The translations under genes and the position numbers were made by a program. A stretch of 64,000 nt of DNA. Source: an uncultured Pirellulaceae bacterium. Its GTDB lineage: Bacteria > Planctomycetota > Planctomycetia > Pirellulales > Pirellulaceae. Below the pieces are notes generated by a model. The model was not told the DNA's origin. It worked only from the letters and a program-made list of their open reading frames with translations, and ran no database searches. The stretch is from the NCBI GenBank assembly GCA_964352885.1, contig CAYGUE010000006.1:5916-69915 (forward strand). The letters run 5' to 3'. Below, in pieces: positions 18,940-29,089 of the stretch (within the stretch, counting starts at the first letter, position 1; each line of letters starts with the position of its first letter).

Positions 18940-20487
18940 GTGAATAGTTTTCCTATCGATATCGCTGCTTACGCGAACGCTCCTGCGGCGGACAATGATG
19001 CGCAGACTGACGTCACTCTGTTCCCGCCACCAAAATCATTCGAGTCCACTTTGAAAGAGTTGGACGAGTCTCCGAATGAACATGCTGACTCAGCTCTGTC
19101 TGACGCGGCTCTGTCTGACTCATCTGACGCGGGACTGTCTGACTCAGATCTGCCTGACTCAGCTCTGTCTGACTCAGCTCTGTCTGACTCAGCTCTGTCT
19201 GACTCAGCTCTGTCTGACGAAGGCGCCGGCGAATCCCAAGCTGAACTCGGTTTGTTGGCTCATGCAATTCAAGATCCGACAGTTCTTGCGTTGTTCAATG
19301 GGAACCAGAACTTGGCAGCCATCACAGATAATAAAACAGATGCGACACAAGCCGAAATCGGCGAAACCCTGACAACTACGTTCGAGAGTCCCAAGACGGA
19401 AACGGCAGAAAACAATGCCGTCACCGAGAATGATACGGATGCGACGCAAGCCGAAGTCGGCGAAACCCTCGCGACTACGTTCGAGAGTCGTGCTGCGAAA
19501 ACCGCAGAAGACAATGCTGCTCCGGGTGTTGAAGATTCAAATCTGGATGCACACCCGTTGGCGGCGATCACGAGTGAAGTTTCTGACACAAGCCAATCAA
19601 ACCTGTCGGTAGACAGCGAGTCAGTAAACAGGGTGTTGGACAACTCAGCCGTCAGCGAATCGGTCACGTCTGCCAGTTCCGCCGAGGCAGCAAGTGAAGC
19701 CGTTCCGATAAGCGAGCGCGAACGATCCACAACAGTGCAGGATACTAAATCAGACATCGTTGACGAAGGGGGAACGCTGGATGTCGATTCCAACGAAAGC
19801 GTTGATACGCCGTCGAATCAAGCATTTGAACAGGATCAAAATCAACAGGACTCGGATTCTACGGGTCTTGATTCAAACGATGTTTCGACGACAACCGTGA
19901 AACGAAGCGAATCGACCCCAGAATTGCAGGCGACATCTGAAGTCGTTGCGTCGGTTGAATCGCCAAGTGCTTTGCCAGAGATGAACGGTGTGGGCAACGC
20001 AGCGCAACCATTTGTGGATCCGTCCTTCTCCATAGAAGCAAACTCGCTTGTCAATCAAAACTCGGCGCTGGGGCAACAAACACCAGCGGCAGCCACACTT
20101 CAAGTTTCTCAGGCGTTTCAAACGAAATTCAATTCATTCAACGATGAACCGAAGCAGTCAATTTCGATTGAGTTGAATCCGCCAGAACTTGGACAGATTC
20201 AAATTACGGTTGAGCAATCCGCCGACCAAATGGTCGCAAGGATCATTGCTACGGAATTTTACTCAACGGAACTGTTGCTGCAGGAGAAGGACTTTCTTTT
20301 GGAAGCACTTTCGGACCTTGGGTTCGGAGAGACGTCGCTCGACATTTCACACGGTGGTTCTGAGCAACATTTGCCAAATGAAGAACAGGAGAACAACTTG
20401 CCGCGAAAATACAAAGCGGCTTCACTAACTAAAGAAACAGGTTCAATCGTCCAAACCAACATCATTGGCGTGAACTTCATCGCCTAA
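18940..20487 (+). CDS. fliK: Flagellar hook-length control protein FliK
   Basis: Acidic disordered N-terminus; C-terminal IELNPPELGQIQI motif; upstream of flgD-flgE. Start moved to GTG 18940 (AAGGA RBS, downstream of the promoter). Confidence 0.88.
   Translation: MNSFPIDIAAYANAPAADNDAQTDVTLFPPPKSFESTLKELDESPNEHADSALSDAALSDSSDAGLSDSDLPDSALSDSALSDSALSDSALSDEGAGESQAELGLLAHAIQDPTVLALFNGNQNLAAITDNKTDATQAEIGETLTTTFESPKTETAENNAVTENDTDATQAEVGETLATTFESRAAKTAEDNAAPGVEDSNLDAHPLAAITSEVSDTSQSNLSVDSESVNRVLDNSAVSESVTSASSAEAASEAVPISERERSTTVQDTKSDIVDEGGTLDVDSNESVDTPSNQAFEQDQNQQDSDSTGLDSNDVSTTTVKRSESTPELQATSEVVASVESPSALPEMNGVGNAAQPFVDPSFSIEANSLVNQNSALGQQTPAAATLQVSQAFQTKFNSFNDEPKQSISIELNPPELGQIQITVEQSADQMVARIIATEFYSTELLLQEKDFLLEALSDLGFGETSLDISHGGSEQHLPNEEQENNLPRKYKAASLTKETGSIVQTNIIGVNFIA
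19085..19218 (+). repeat. In-frame 15-bp tandem repeat (SDSAL) in fliK
   Basis: Four perfect CTGACTCAGCTCTGT copies at 19154-19213 plus degenerate copies upstream. Confidence 0.95.
19336..19518 (+). repeat. Degenerate duplication with 99-bp period in fliK
   Basis: TDATQAEIGETLTTTFES / TDATQAEVGETLATTFES starting at 19336 and 19435. Confidence 0.9.
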
Positions 20488-20525
20488 ACGGATTGCAATA
20501 ATCACACTCATCAAGGAAACAGAAA

Positions 20526-20894
20526 ATGCCTGGCATCTCATCTCAAGTCGCAACAGTCGACTACCTGCAATTGCTTACGGTTCAACTTCAGAATCAGGAT
20601 CCGATCGATCCGGTAGATCAAGAAGGGTTAATCAACGACTTGACACAGTTCTCGATGCTTGAAGGCGTTGAAGAATTAAACGTCTCATTCGAAGACATGT
20701 TACGCCTACAGGAGGTCGCGCAGGGCGTTGATCTAGTCGGCAAAAATGTACAGTACGAGGACGATGTCACAGGGGAGATTAAATCGGGTTCAGTCGATGA
20801 GTTGATTACTGCACAGGACTCAATCAACCTGTTAATAAACGGCGAGACGATTTCGATCGCAAAAATAATTGGTGTTTCATCTGAAGTCGCCTAA
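20526..20894 (+). CDS. flgD: Hook capping protein FlgD (short)
   Basis: DYLQLLTVQLQNQDPIDP...LTQFSMLE, LVGKNV. Confidence 0.92.
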   Translation: MPGISSQVATVDYLQLLTVQLQNQDPIDPVDQEGLINDLTQFSMLEGVEELNVSFEDMLRLQEVAQGVDLVGKNVQYEDDVTGEIKSGSVDELITAQDSINLLINGETISIAKIIGVSSEVA

Positions 20895-20981
20895 ACCACA
20901 GCAAGCAGACACCGCCGGTTCACGGTTGGATGGCTTTTGGCATCCCGTGATACGGTAGAAAACACTTAGGGGAAGAGAACA

Positions 20982-22622
20982 ATGAGCGCATTAACCACTG
21001 GAGTTTCTGGTCTTCGAGCACACCAGCAACAGCTGGATGTCGTAGCAAATAACTTGGCCAATATGAACACGGCAGGATTCAAGTCGCAGCTGACATCGTT
21101 TAGCGAATTGACTTACAACACAACTCGGTCGGGAACAGGGGCCGGCGATCAAATTGGCGGTGTGAATCCCCAACAAATCGGTACGGGTGTTCGTGTTGGC
21201 CAGATATCGAGAAGTTTTGGCCAAGGGTCTCTTGAATCCACGGGCGAGTTATTGGACTTCGCGATTCAGGGTGATGGATTCTTCGTTCTCGAAGGTGCCG
21301 GCGGTGAAAATCTATTCTCACGTGCCGGTTCTTTCTCGTTGGACGAACGCGGACACCTTGTGGATCCGTCAACCGGCTATCGTGTCCAAAGGACTGGAGA
21401 TGTCGGTGAGCGGACCGCTGACGAATTCGGTTTTCAGGTTGCAGGCACCAATTTCATCAACGTTCCGCTTGGTGCCGCAATTCCGGGCACACAAACTGGA
21501 AAAGTGGAGCTCTTTGGCAATTTGCCAACCGCCGCAACACCTCCAAGCTTTGAGGTTTTGAACTCGTCAGAACCGTACGTGACTTCCGCCGGTCCGGCCT
21601 TGGGAACGACGTTGTTGAACGACCTGACGATCAATGCAGTGGATTATGTTGCTGGTGACGAAATCGAAATCACTGGAACCAACCCAGATGGGACTCCATT
21701 CTCAACAACATTGGCAGGTGCGACCGCAACCATGCAGGATCTTGTTGACCAGATTAACTCAGTTCTTAGTGGGGCCGTTGCCGAACTAACTCCAAACGGG
21801 ACACTTCAGGTAACCGCAAACGAAACGGGCGAGGCTTTTGCCAGCTTGACGTTGCAGGATGCGTCCGGAAACGTTGGCAGCACCGAATTGGCGAGAACTT
21901 CGATGATTGTCGCCAACGAAGGAAGTGATGCTGACACGTTTGAAGTTTCCACTGAAATCTTCGATAAGCGTGGGACCGACCATCGTCTAAACCTCGAGTT
22001 CTCTAAGCAATCAGACAATAGTTGGAATCTGGTTGCAAGCATGGCAATTGCCTCGGGCGAAATGTTTGATTCGGAAGTAAACAACATTTTCTTCAATGAG
22101 GATGGCACGTTTTCGATTTCGGGCGTGAGCGGCATCGGCGACTCCAACATCGAGCTAAAGTTTGACTCAATCGAAGAACAGCAGACGATTGAACTGTCTT
22201 TTGAAAATCTGAGTCATATGGCGACCGAATATTCTCTGGCTGTGGTTCAAGATGGAACTGCGCCAGGAACACTGGTGTCGCTTGCTGTCGACGGTGCCGG
22301 GGAACTTACGGGTCTTTCTTCGAGTGGAAAAACCTTTCCACTAGCACAGTTGGCCATAGCGAGTTTCGCCAACGCCAATGGCCTAGAAGGCCGCGGCGGC
22401 AACTTTTATCAAGAATCGGTCAACAGCGGGGCCGCCTCGATTGGGTCTGGGCTTACTGGCGCTAGAGGCCAAGTGATTGGCAATCAACTTGAAGGATCGA
22501 ATGTCGATCTGGCTTTGGAGTTCACCCGCCTCATTGTCGCCCAGCGCGGATTCTCGGCGAACGCAAGAACGATTACAGTTTCTGATGAAATTCTCGAAGA
22601 GCTAACCAACATTGTCCGATAG
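20982..22622 (+). CDS. flgE: Flagellar hook protein FlgE
   Basis: GVSGL..DVVANNLANMNTAGFK, DFAIQGDGFF, LEGSNVDLALEFTRLIVAQRGFSANAR. Confidence 0.95.
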   Translation: MSALTTGVSGLRAHQQQLDVVANNLANMNTAGFKSQLTSFSELTYNTTRSGTGAGDQIGGVNPQQIGTGVRVGQISRSFGQGSLESTGELLDFAIQGDGFFVLEGAGGENLFSRAGSFSLDERGHLVDPSTGYRVQRTGDVGERTADEFGFQVAGTNFINVPLGAAIPGTQTGKVELFGNLPTAATPPSFEVLNSSEPYVTSAGPALGTTLLNDLTINAVDYVAGDEIEITGTNPDGTPFSTTLAGATATMQDLVDQINSVLSGAVAELTPNGTLQVTANETGEAFASLTLQDASGNVGSTELARTSMIVANEGSDADTFEVSTEIFDKRGTDHRLNLEFSKQSDNSWNLVASMAIASGEMFDSEVNNIFFNEDGTFSISGVSGIGDSNIELKFDSIEEQQTIELSFENLSHMATEYSLAVVQDGTAPGTLVSLAVDGAGELTGLSSSGKTFPLAQLAIASFANANGLEGRGGNFYQESVNSGAASIGSGLTGARGQVIGNQLEGSNVDLALEFTRLIVAQRGFSANARTITVSDEILEELTNIVR

Positions 22623-22863
22623 TCAGTTTCACGGGGATACCCAAGCTAGTTTTAGAGCCTTCACTGTAGACCAAGCATAGATCAATAACTAATCCCACGA
22701 CTCTCCCCGTTGCTTTCTATTGGCGGGACGATGAAAGGGATTTCCCTATTCGTTTCTTTCAGCTCCAATTTTGAATACGCTGATCGAAAACGGAAACTAC
22801 TTTTTCTTCCAATCTTGAACCAGTCGCGCTTCACCGCCGATCGAAATTCTTTAGGAAGTTAAC

Positions 22864-24363
22864 GTGCATTACGATTTAGTAGTTATCGGAACCGGTCCAT
22901 CAGGGCAAAAAGGTGCTATTGCGGCTGCCAAAATGGGCAAGAAAGTCGCAATCGTCGAACGACATCGAGAATCTATCGGCGGCGTTTGTCTCCATACTGG
23001 CACCGTTCCGTCGAAAACGATTCGCGAAGCAATTCTGTTCCTGACAGGTTACCGACAGAAAGAAGTCTACGGAGAACGCTACAGTCAGAAACGTCATATC
23101 ACGATGGACGACCTGCGGATGAAGCTCTCGGAAGTGGTGACTCGTGAGAGAAGAGTAATCTTTGATCAACTCGAACGTAATTTCATTGACATCTACGATG
23201 GCGACGCTGCGTTCGTTAACGAAAACGAAATCGAAATCGCCAATGAAGACAAAATCGTGCGTCTCACAACGGACTACACGTTAATCGCGTCAGGCACCAA
23301 GCCCCATCGCCCAGACCACATTCCTTTTGATGGCGAAACGATCTTTGACAGCGATGAAATCTTGACCATCAAACGAATCCCTCGGTCCATGGTCGTGATT
23401 GGCGGTGGAGTGATCGGCATTGAGTACGGCATCATGTTCGCCGCACTCGGCGTAAAGATCACGGTCGTTGACGGTCAGGAGAGATTACTCAGTTTCTGCG
23501 ATCGCGAAATCGTCGATCACCTGATGTTCACTGCGAGATCGCTGGGAATTACGTTTCGCACAGGAGAAAGCGTCCGTTCGGTGAAACATGCCAGTCGAAA
23601 TCGCGTTATTGTTGAACTGGAAAGCCAAAAGAAAATTGTTGGTGAGACAGCCTTCTTCAGCGTTGGCAGGAAAGGCGATACCGAGTTTCTCAACCCCGCA
23701 GCCGCAAGCGTGGAACTTGACAATCGTGAGCGAGTAAAGTGCAACGAAAATTACGAAACATCAGCCCCAAGCGTTTTTGCGGTGGGTGATGTGATCGGCT
23801 TCCCAGCGTTAGCCAGCACGTCAATGGAGCAGGGGCGGCAGGCGGTCAGTCGTATCTTCCAGCACAAGAGCGTTTCGACCGGCCAGATTCCCTACGGTCT
23901 GTTTACTATTCCAGAAATTGCCATGGTTGGCAAAACAGAACAAGAATTGACGGCTGAGAAAATCGCATTCGAAATCGGAGTGTCGCGTTTTGAAGAACTG
24001 GCCAAATCACAGATTTGTGGCGGGCAAGATGGGCTATTGAAACTTTTGTTCCATCGTGAAACCCGCAAGATTTTGGGCGTTCACTGTATTGGCGATACGG
24101 CGACTGAGATTATCCACATTGGACAGGCAGTGATGTCGTTCGAAGGCACAATCGACTATTTCGCCAATGCGATTTTCAATCATCCAACGATGGCTGAAAG
24201 CTATAAGGTCGCCGCATTCGATGGACTTAATCGACTTTGTGCCGACGATGAAGATTGCTGCGAATCGAATTCGCCAGAGGCCGAAAATCAGGACGAAAGC
24301 GCTGATCTATTTCCCGCATTAGACGTCGAATTGACTCGCGAAATACCCGCAACGGTCGGTTAA
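22864..24363 (+). CDS. sthA: Soluble (Si-specific) pyridine nucleotide transhydrogenase
   Basis: GTGPSG FAD motif, GGVCLHTGTVPSKT (CxxxxT rather than CxxxxC), GGGVIGIEY, GFPALASTSMEQGR, FNHPTMAESYKVAA. Confidence 0.9.
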   Translation: MHYDLVVIGTGPSGQKGAIAAAKMGKKVAIVERHRESIGGVCLHTGTVPSKTIREAILFLTGYRQKEVYGERYSQKRHITMDDLRMKLSEVVTRERRVIFDQLERNFIDIYDGDAAFVNENEIEIANEDKIVRLTTDYTLIASGTKPHRPDHIPFDGETIFDSDEILTIKRIPRSMVVIGGGVIGIEYGIMFAALGVKITVVDGQERLLSFCDREIVDHLMFTARSLGITFRTGESVRSVKHASRNRVIVELESQKKIVGETAFFSVGRKGDTEFLNPAAASVELDNRERVKCNENYETSAPSVFAVGDVIGFPALASTSMEQGRQAVSRIFQHKSVSTGQIPYGLFTIPEIAMVGKTEQELTAEKIAFEIGVSRFEELAKSQICGGQDGLLKLLFHRETRKILGVHCIGDTATEIIHIGQAVMSFEGTIDYFANAIFNHPTMAESYKVAAFDGLNRLCADDEDCCESNSPEAENQDESADLFPALDVELTREIPATVG

Positions 24364-24390
24364 CGATCGAGCATCATAGAAGGGCGTCCG

Positions 24391-25464
24391 CTACGCAGCG
24401 CCCGATAGGTTCTTGACGCGATTCACGTAGTTCATGATTTCTGCAACGGCTTGGTAGAGCTCGTATGGAATAGCACTACCGATTTTCGTATTGGCGTACA
24501 GGAATCGCGCGACCGGTTTCCGCTCAACGATGGGAACTCCATTTTCTTTCGCAATGGCGATGATTTTTTTCGCCATGAAGTCCGCACCCTTTGCCAACAC
24601 GACCGGTGCCTCCATGGTCTCGCGGTCGTACCGCACCGCGACAGCGAAGTGGGTCGGGTTGGTGATGATGACGCTTGCTTTAGGAACATCTGCCAGCATT
24701 CGAGTGCGGCCCATCTCGGCTTGTAATCTTTTCATGCGAGCTTTGACCATTGGATCGCCTTCGCTCTCTTTGTGTTCGTCCTTGATGTCCTGCATGCTCA
24801 TTTTCAAGTCTTCTGATTGTTTCCATTTCTGAAACACGAGGTCAGCGATACCCAAAACCGCCAACGTCGCCGCAATCGCAATCGATGCTTGCAACAGAAT
24901 TTTACACATCACAAACATCATGCTTGGAAACGACGAGAAGGCGAGGAGTTCCATCGAATCGAATTGTGATCGCCCGATGTAGTAAATAATTCCGACGATA
25001 ATTGAGGCTTTGCCGATCGAGAACGCGCCGCGCACGACGCTGCTGATCGAGAAGATGCGTTTGAAGCCTGCAGGAACGCTCAATTTGTCCCATTTCAACG
25101 TCATCGCCTTGAATGACACGTTGAAATTCGTTTGCAAAGCACCACCAAGTAGAGCGACAACAAACAAGGGCATCATGAACCCAAGGCAGACGGCGCCAAT
25201 CTTGAGCACATCGCTGCTGATCACGTCAGTGATTGCCAACGGTTCATCAATCATTGGCTGGAAGTAGGTAACGCGGTGCTTAATGCTGTCTCCAAGAGAG
25301 CCAAACATCCACTCGCCAAGGAACCAGAAATAACACGCGCCGACTGCCAACATGACGCCACCGATCAGGTCCGCGCTAAAACCAACTTGCCCGTCCTCGA
25401 GCGCCTTATTGATACGTTGCGGCGTTGCCTGTTCTGTTTTTTGATCGCGATCCTGATCAGCCAT
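24391..25464 (-). CDS. flhB: Export switch protein FlhB
   Basis: KTEQAT, LKMSMQDIKDEHKESEGDP, NPTH autocleavage motif. Confidence 0.96.
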   Translation of the reverse strand: MADQDRDQKTEQATPQRINKALEDGQVGFSADLIGGVMLAVGACYFWFLGEWMFGSLGDSIKHRVTYFQPMIDEPLAITDVISSDVLKIGAVCLGFMMPLFVVALLGGALQTNFNVSFKAMTLKWDKLSVPAGFKRIFSISSVVRGAFSIGKASIIVGIIYYIGRSQFDSMELLAFSSFPSMMFVMCKILLQASIAIAATLAVLGIADLVFQKWKQSEDLKMSMQDIKDEHKESEGDPMVKARMKRLQAEMGRTRMLADVPKASVIITNPTHFAVAVRYDRETMEAPVVLAKGADFMAKKIIAIAKENGVPIVERKPVARFLYANTKIGSAIPYELYQAVAEIMNYVNRVKNLSGAA

Positions 25465-25520
25465 TTTTCAATCGAACGTTAGAAATACAAATCCACTTAA
25501 GCAAGCAGGGCCATTAAACG

Positions 25521-26297
25521 CTAAAACGCATTTAGTAATTCTTCAATGTCGGCCTGCATGCGATAGAAATAGGATTGAATTGCACCGAAAATAACGGGGC
25601 AGAAAATCAGTAAACAGAAAATTCCAAAACCACTTCGAATCGACATTCCGACCGAAAACAGATTCAACGTTGGAGCTGCTTTGTTCAAATACGCCAACCC
25701 AAGCGTGATCAACATGAAAAGAATGGCGACTGGTCCAACGACTAGAAAGCCATAGTCGCTTGTGCGATTCAGCAGCGAAACCAAGTCTTCGGTTGGCAAT
25801 CGCATCACATCGATCCTGCCCAGCATTCGATCGAATGAACTGTGGATAACCAGTATCAGGAAATGGTGCATGTTGGTGCTAAAGAACATCAGGATTGCAA
25901 AAGACTCGAAGACTCTCGAGATCAATGTCGACGAGTCTTGTGAACCGGGATCTGAAATGGAAGCCAGAGACAGTCCTAGTTCCTGGCCAATGTAGGAGCC
26001 TGCAATTTTGGCGGGAAGAAAGAACAATCCAAGTGCAATCGAGAGCACCACTCCGATCGTTACCTCTTTTGCCAAAAGCAAAATGCTGGAGACGACGGTC
26101 AAGTTCATCGACACGCCAGGATCCATGCCCAGTTTCGATTCCACCATCCCGTACCAGAAGAATGTCAATCCACCAGCGACACCGACTTTGACCGTGCTAG
26201 GAAGTTGACGTTTTGCGAACAATGGAAAGAACGCAATAAACGCCGACACTCGCGACAGAACTAGGATGAATGCAACGATCTGAACTTCAGTGATCAT
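25521..26297 (-). CDS. fliR: Export gate protein FliR
   Basis: Hydrophobic; LSRVSAF..P, AGSYIGQELGLS, KAAPTLNLFSVG. Confidence 0.92.
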   Translation of the reverse strand: MITEVQIVAFILVLSRVSAFIAFFPLFAKRQLPSTVKVGVAGGLTFFWYGMVESKLGMDPGVSMNLTVVSSILLLAKEVTIGVVLSIALGLFFLPAKIAGSYIGQELGLSLASISDPGSQDSSTLISRVFESFAILMFFSTNMHHFLILVIHSSFDRMLGRIDVMRLPTEDLVSLLNRTSDYGFLVVGPVAILFMLITLGLAYLNKAAPTLNLFSVGMSIRSGFGIFCLLIFCPVIFGAIQSYFYRMQADIEELLNAF

Positions 26298-26563
26298 TTC
26301 GCATAGCTAACCATATCGGTCAGCACTCCCCTTGTGTAATTCTGCAACGTTTCCAGATACCAGGGCATCATCCATATCATCACAAAAACGACCGCCACGA
26401 TACGCGGCGCGAACGAAAGCGTTTGCTCTTGAATACTGGTAATCGTTTGCCCAATGCTGATTATCAAACCGACAATCAAACTCACGGCAACGATAGGTGC
26501 AACCAGGATCAACGCGATTTCGAGGAACCGCTGCCCCATCGAGACGACATCAAGAAATTCCAT
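26294..26563 (-). CDS. fliQ: Export gate protein FliQ
   Basis: GLIISIGQTITSIQEQTLSFAPR. Confidence 0.95.
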   Translation of the reverse strand: MEFLDVVSMGQRFLEIALILVAPIVAVSLIVGLIISIGQTITSIQEQTLSFAPRIVAVVFVMIWMMPWYLETLQNYTRGVLTDMVSYAK

Positions 26564-26584
26564 GATCTCTTCCTTCCATGAACA

Positions 26585-27328
26585 CTATTGAGTTTTTGGT
26601 TTGACCCGCAACGCGGTGATCAATTGATCAACCAAAGTTGGATCATCGAGCGCTGTAAGTATTTTTGTTTTCTGACGTTCCGACATTTTGTGGAGGATCG
26701 ATGCCGCAAAATCCATTTTGCCGTTGTTGGCAAACTCTTTCAGAACATCAGACGCCTGTTGGGCTTCGAGCTTTTCAAACCAACTTTTGACGTCGTTCGC
26801 TTTGTCATCCAGTTCCGTTAGTTTCGACTCTTCGTCGACGCCCGCGTCTTTTTCCATCGACGCCAGTTCGACTTGCTTGGTGTCGATCGATGACAATAAC
26901 TGCTGGAGCTCACCCTTTAACCGAGCTAGTGATTTAACCTTGGCGTCAACGCCTTCACTGAACGCCTGGAGTTGACCCTGCTCCTCCTCCACGTCACGAA
27001 ACAGCATCTGTACGCGCTGTTCTTCTAGGTCAAGTTTCTCTTGGCGAAGAATAAGTTTCCCTTCCAATTTCTTGATGTTGTCGCTCATCTGCAGCACGGC
27101 TTCAAGCGACACGGCTTTATCTGGACGATGCGCGACGGGCATTGAATAAATTTTGTTGATCTCTGAATCATTCGGCGGCAACGTTGACGTTTGATCGATG
27201 CTTTCTTCCTTTGCATTTACCGGATCACCTTCTGCAACCGGTTCGGTATCCATGTAGTATTTCGATGCCGCAAACGAAGCCCCGAACAGGATGACGCAAG
27301 TAACTACAGCGGCAATGATTGATTTCAT
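26585..27328 (-). CDS. MotE/FlbB-like membrane-anchored coiled-coil protein
   Basis: N-terminal TM, long coiled coil, C-terminal MgtE-N-like helical repeat (WFEKLEAQQA...ILHKMSERQKTKIL); follows fliJ. Confidence 0.65.
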   Translation of the reverse strand: MKSIIAAVVTCVILFGASFAASKYYMDTEPVAEGDPVNAKEESIDQTSTLPPNDSEINKIYSMPVAHRPDKAVSLEAVLQMSDNIKKLEGKLILRQEKLDLEEQRVQMLFRDVEEEQGQLQAFSEGVDAKVKSLARLKGELQQLLSSIDTKQVELASMEKDAGVDEESKLTELDDKANDVKSWFEKLEAQQASDVLKEFANNGKMDFAASILHKMSERQKTKILTALDDPTLVDQLITALRVKPKTQ

Positions 27329-27771
27329 TCTGAGCTCCCATTTTTAGCGGTCAGTTTGCCAAGGAATCGATCGTCCGCCTGATAGATAGACTCTTTTTCG
27401 ATCGAAGCAAGTTCTTCAGACTCGATTTTTTCGAGAAGGATTTCCCAGCCTTTCACCTTGGCACGTTGTTCACCAACATCGTCAAGCAACTCATCGCGTA
27501 TTTTTTCCAGCGACATGAGGTGCTCACGAAGTTTCGACAGCGATGATTGTGTTTTGGCTGCCCACTCGATCGCATGATTCTTGATCATCACCGAGTCGGC
27601 GTTTTGAACCTGTTTCAATGATTCATTGAGACCAAGTTGCATCGACGTTTGCAACTGTCGCCGTAGTTCCAATGTTTGGTTGGCCTTCTTAAGTTTTCCA
27701 ATCGCCACATCAAGCCGTTTTTGATCAATCGATTCGATGCGTCGAAGGCGTTTTTTACGCGATCTATCCAT
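27325..27771 (-). CDS. fliJ: FliJ-like export chaperone
   Basis: 148-aa coiled coil directly after fliI; KGWEIL...QADD ending. Confidence 0.65.
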   Translation of the reverse strand: MDRSRKKRLRRIESIDQKRLDVAIGKLKKANQTLELRRQLQTSMQLGLNESLKQVQNADSVMIKNHAIEWAAKTQSSLSKLREHLMSLEKIRDELLDDVGEQRAKVKGWEILLEKIESEELASIEKESIYQADDRFLGKLTAKNGSSE

Positions 27772-29089
27772 TGCTGACTTCTCCGCCCATGGCAGTCACT
27801 GCCATGGAGTACGCTTGTGCGATATCGCTTAATTGACGAGTCGTCTCGTTTAAAGAGGTCGGTTGGCAGACGGGCTGTTGCAGAAATCGGTTGACCGTTG
27901 CCAAAGCTGAAACCGCGGCATCGGTCGTCGCAATAGCACCTTTTTTGTAAGCACCAATTTGAATCAGGTCTTCGACGTCCCGATAGGTAGCCACAATCTG
28001 TCGCATCGCGATGGCGGATTTTTGGTGGTCAGAACTTGCGACTTCCGTGAACAGTCGACTTGCGCTGGCAAGAATGTCAATCGCAGGGAAGTGTCCCTTG
28101 TGTGCCAATTTTCGATCCAACACGATGTGCCCATCCAAAATGGATCGCGCGGCATCAGCAATCGGCTCGTTCATGTCATCGCCATCGACCAACACGGTCA
28201 GAATTCCCGTAATGGAACCTTTCTTGGATGTGCCAAGCTGCTCTAACAAGACCGCCATTTTCTGGAACACGCTTGGCGTATATCCACGCGATGTTGGAGG
28301 TTCGCCGAGCAACAATCCAAGTTCTCGCTGGGCATTGGAGAGTCGTGTCAAGCTATCGAGCATCAACAGTACGTTTTTGCCTTGCTCTCGAAACCAGTCT
28401 GCAATCACTACTGCTGTCTCGCTGGCACGAACGCGAGCCAACGGAGATTGGTCTGACGTGGAGACGACCAGGACCGACTTCTTCAAGCCTTCTTTTCCGA
28501 GTGCCTGCTCGACGAACGGACGGACTTCGCGACCACGTTCACCAATCAACGCAACGACATTTACATCCGATTCTGCATTGCGAGCGATGTCGCCCAACAA
28601 CGTACTCTTTCCGACGCCGCTTCCTGCAAACAGTCCGACTCGCTGGCCGCGTCCCATCGTGTTGAGTCCATCGATTGCTCGTACGCCGGTGATGAATGGT
28701 AATTCGATATTGGTACGATCTAGCGGGTTAGGAGTTTCGAATTTCAGATCGACATGGTCCTCAATCTCTAATTCTCCAAGGCCATCGATTGGCGATCCGA
28801 CGGCATTGATAATCCGGCCAAGCATCGAAAATCCAACCGGCACCTGCATCTTTCGATTTTGGCTGATCACCCAGTCATCGCGTTGAACGCTGTTGTCAGG
28901 TTCAAAAGTCATGATTTGAATTTCGTCGCGGTTGAATCCAATCACTTCCGCATCAAGCGATTGTCCGTCGCGAGTCTTAATCGTTACCAACTCACCGATG
29001 GAAGCCTTGAGTGACGCGTTAATCGTCCCCTGAGCACTACGTAATCGGCCAATGTTTTGGTATAGCTCGTTTTGCAATACTTTGATCAT
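27764..29089 (-). CDS. fliI: Flagellar export ATPase FliI
   Basis: GLFAGSGVGKS, IGERGREV, DSLTR, GEPPTSRGY, ILDGHIVL. Confidence 0.97.
   Translation of the reverse strand: MIKVLQNELYQNIGRLRSAQGTINASLKASIGELVTIKTRDGQSLDAEVIGFNRDEIQIMTFEPDNSVQRDDWVISQNRKMQVPVGFSMLGRIINAVGSPIDGLGELEIEDHVDLKFETPNPLDRTNIELPFITGVRAIDGLNTMGRGQRVGLFAGSGVGKSTLLGDIARNAESDVNVVALIGERGREVRPFVEQALGKEGLKKSVLVVSTSDQSPLARVRASETAVVIADWFREQGKNVLLMLDSLTRLSNAQRELGLLLGEPPTSRGYTPSVFQKMAVLLEQLGTSKKGSITGILTVLVDGDDMNEPIADAARSILDGHIVLDRKLAHKGHFPAIDILASASRLFTEVASSDHQKSAIAMRQIVATYRDVEDLIQIGAYKKGAIATTDAAVSALATVNRFLQQPVCQPTSLNETTRQLSDIAQAYSMAVTAMGGEVSNG

Noticed and set aside
19085-19218. Repeat array as a possible CRISPR
   Set aside because: Contiguous 15-bp units with no spacers, in frame within fliK; no cas genes
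28011-28886. 291-aa ORF antisense to fliI, and many similar shadow ORFs in the track
   Set aside because: Fully overlap well-supported genes on the opposite strand or frame and have no recognisable motifs
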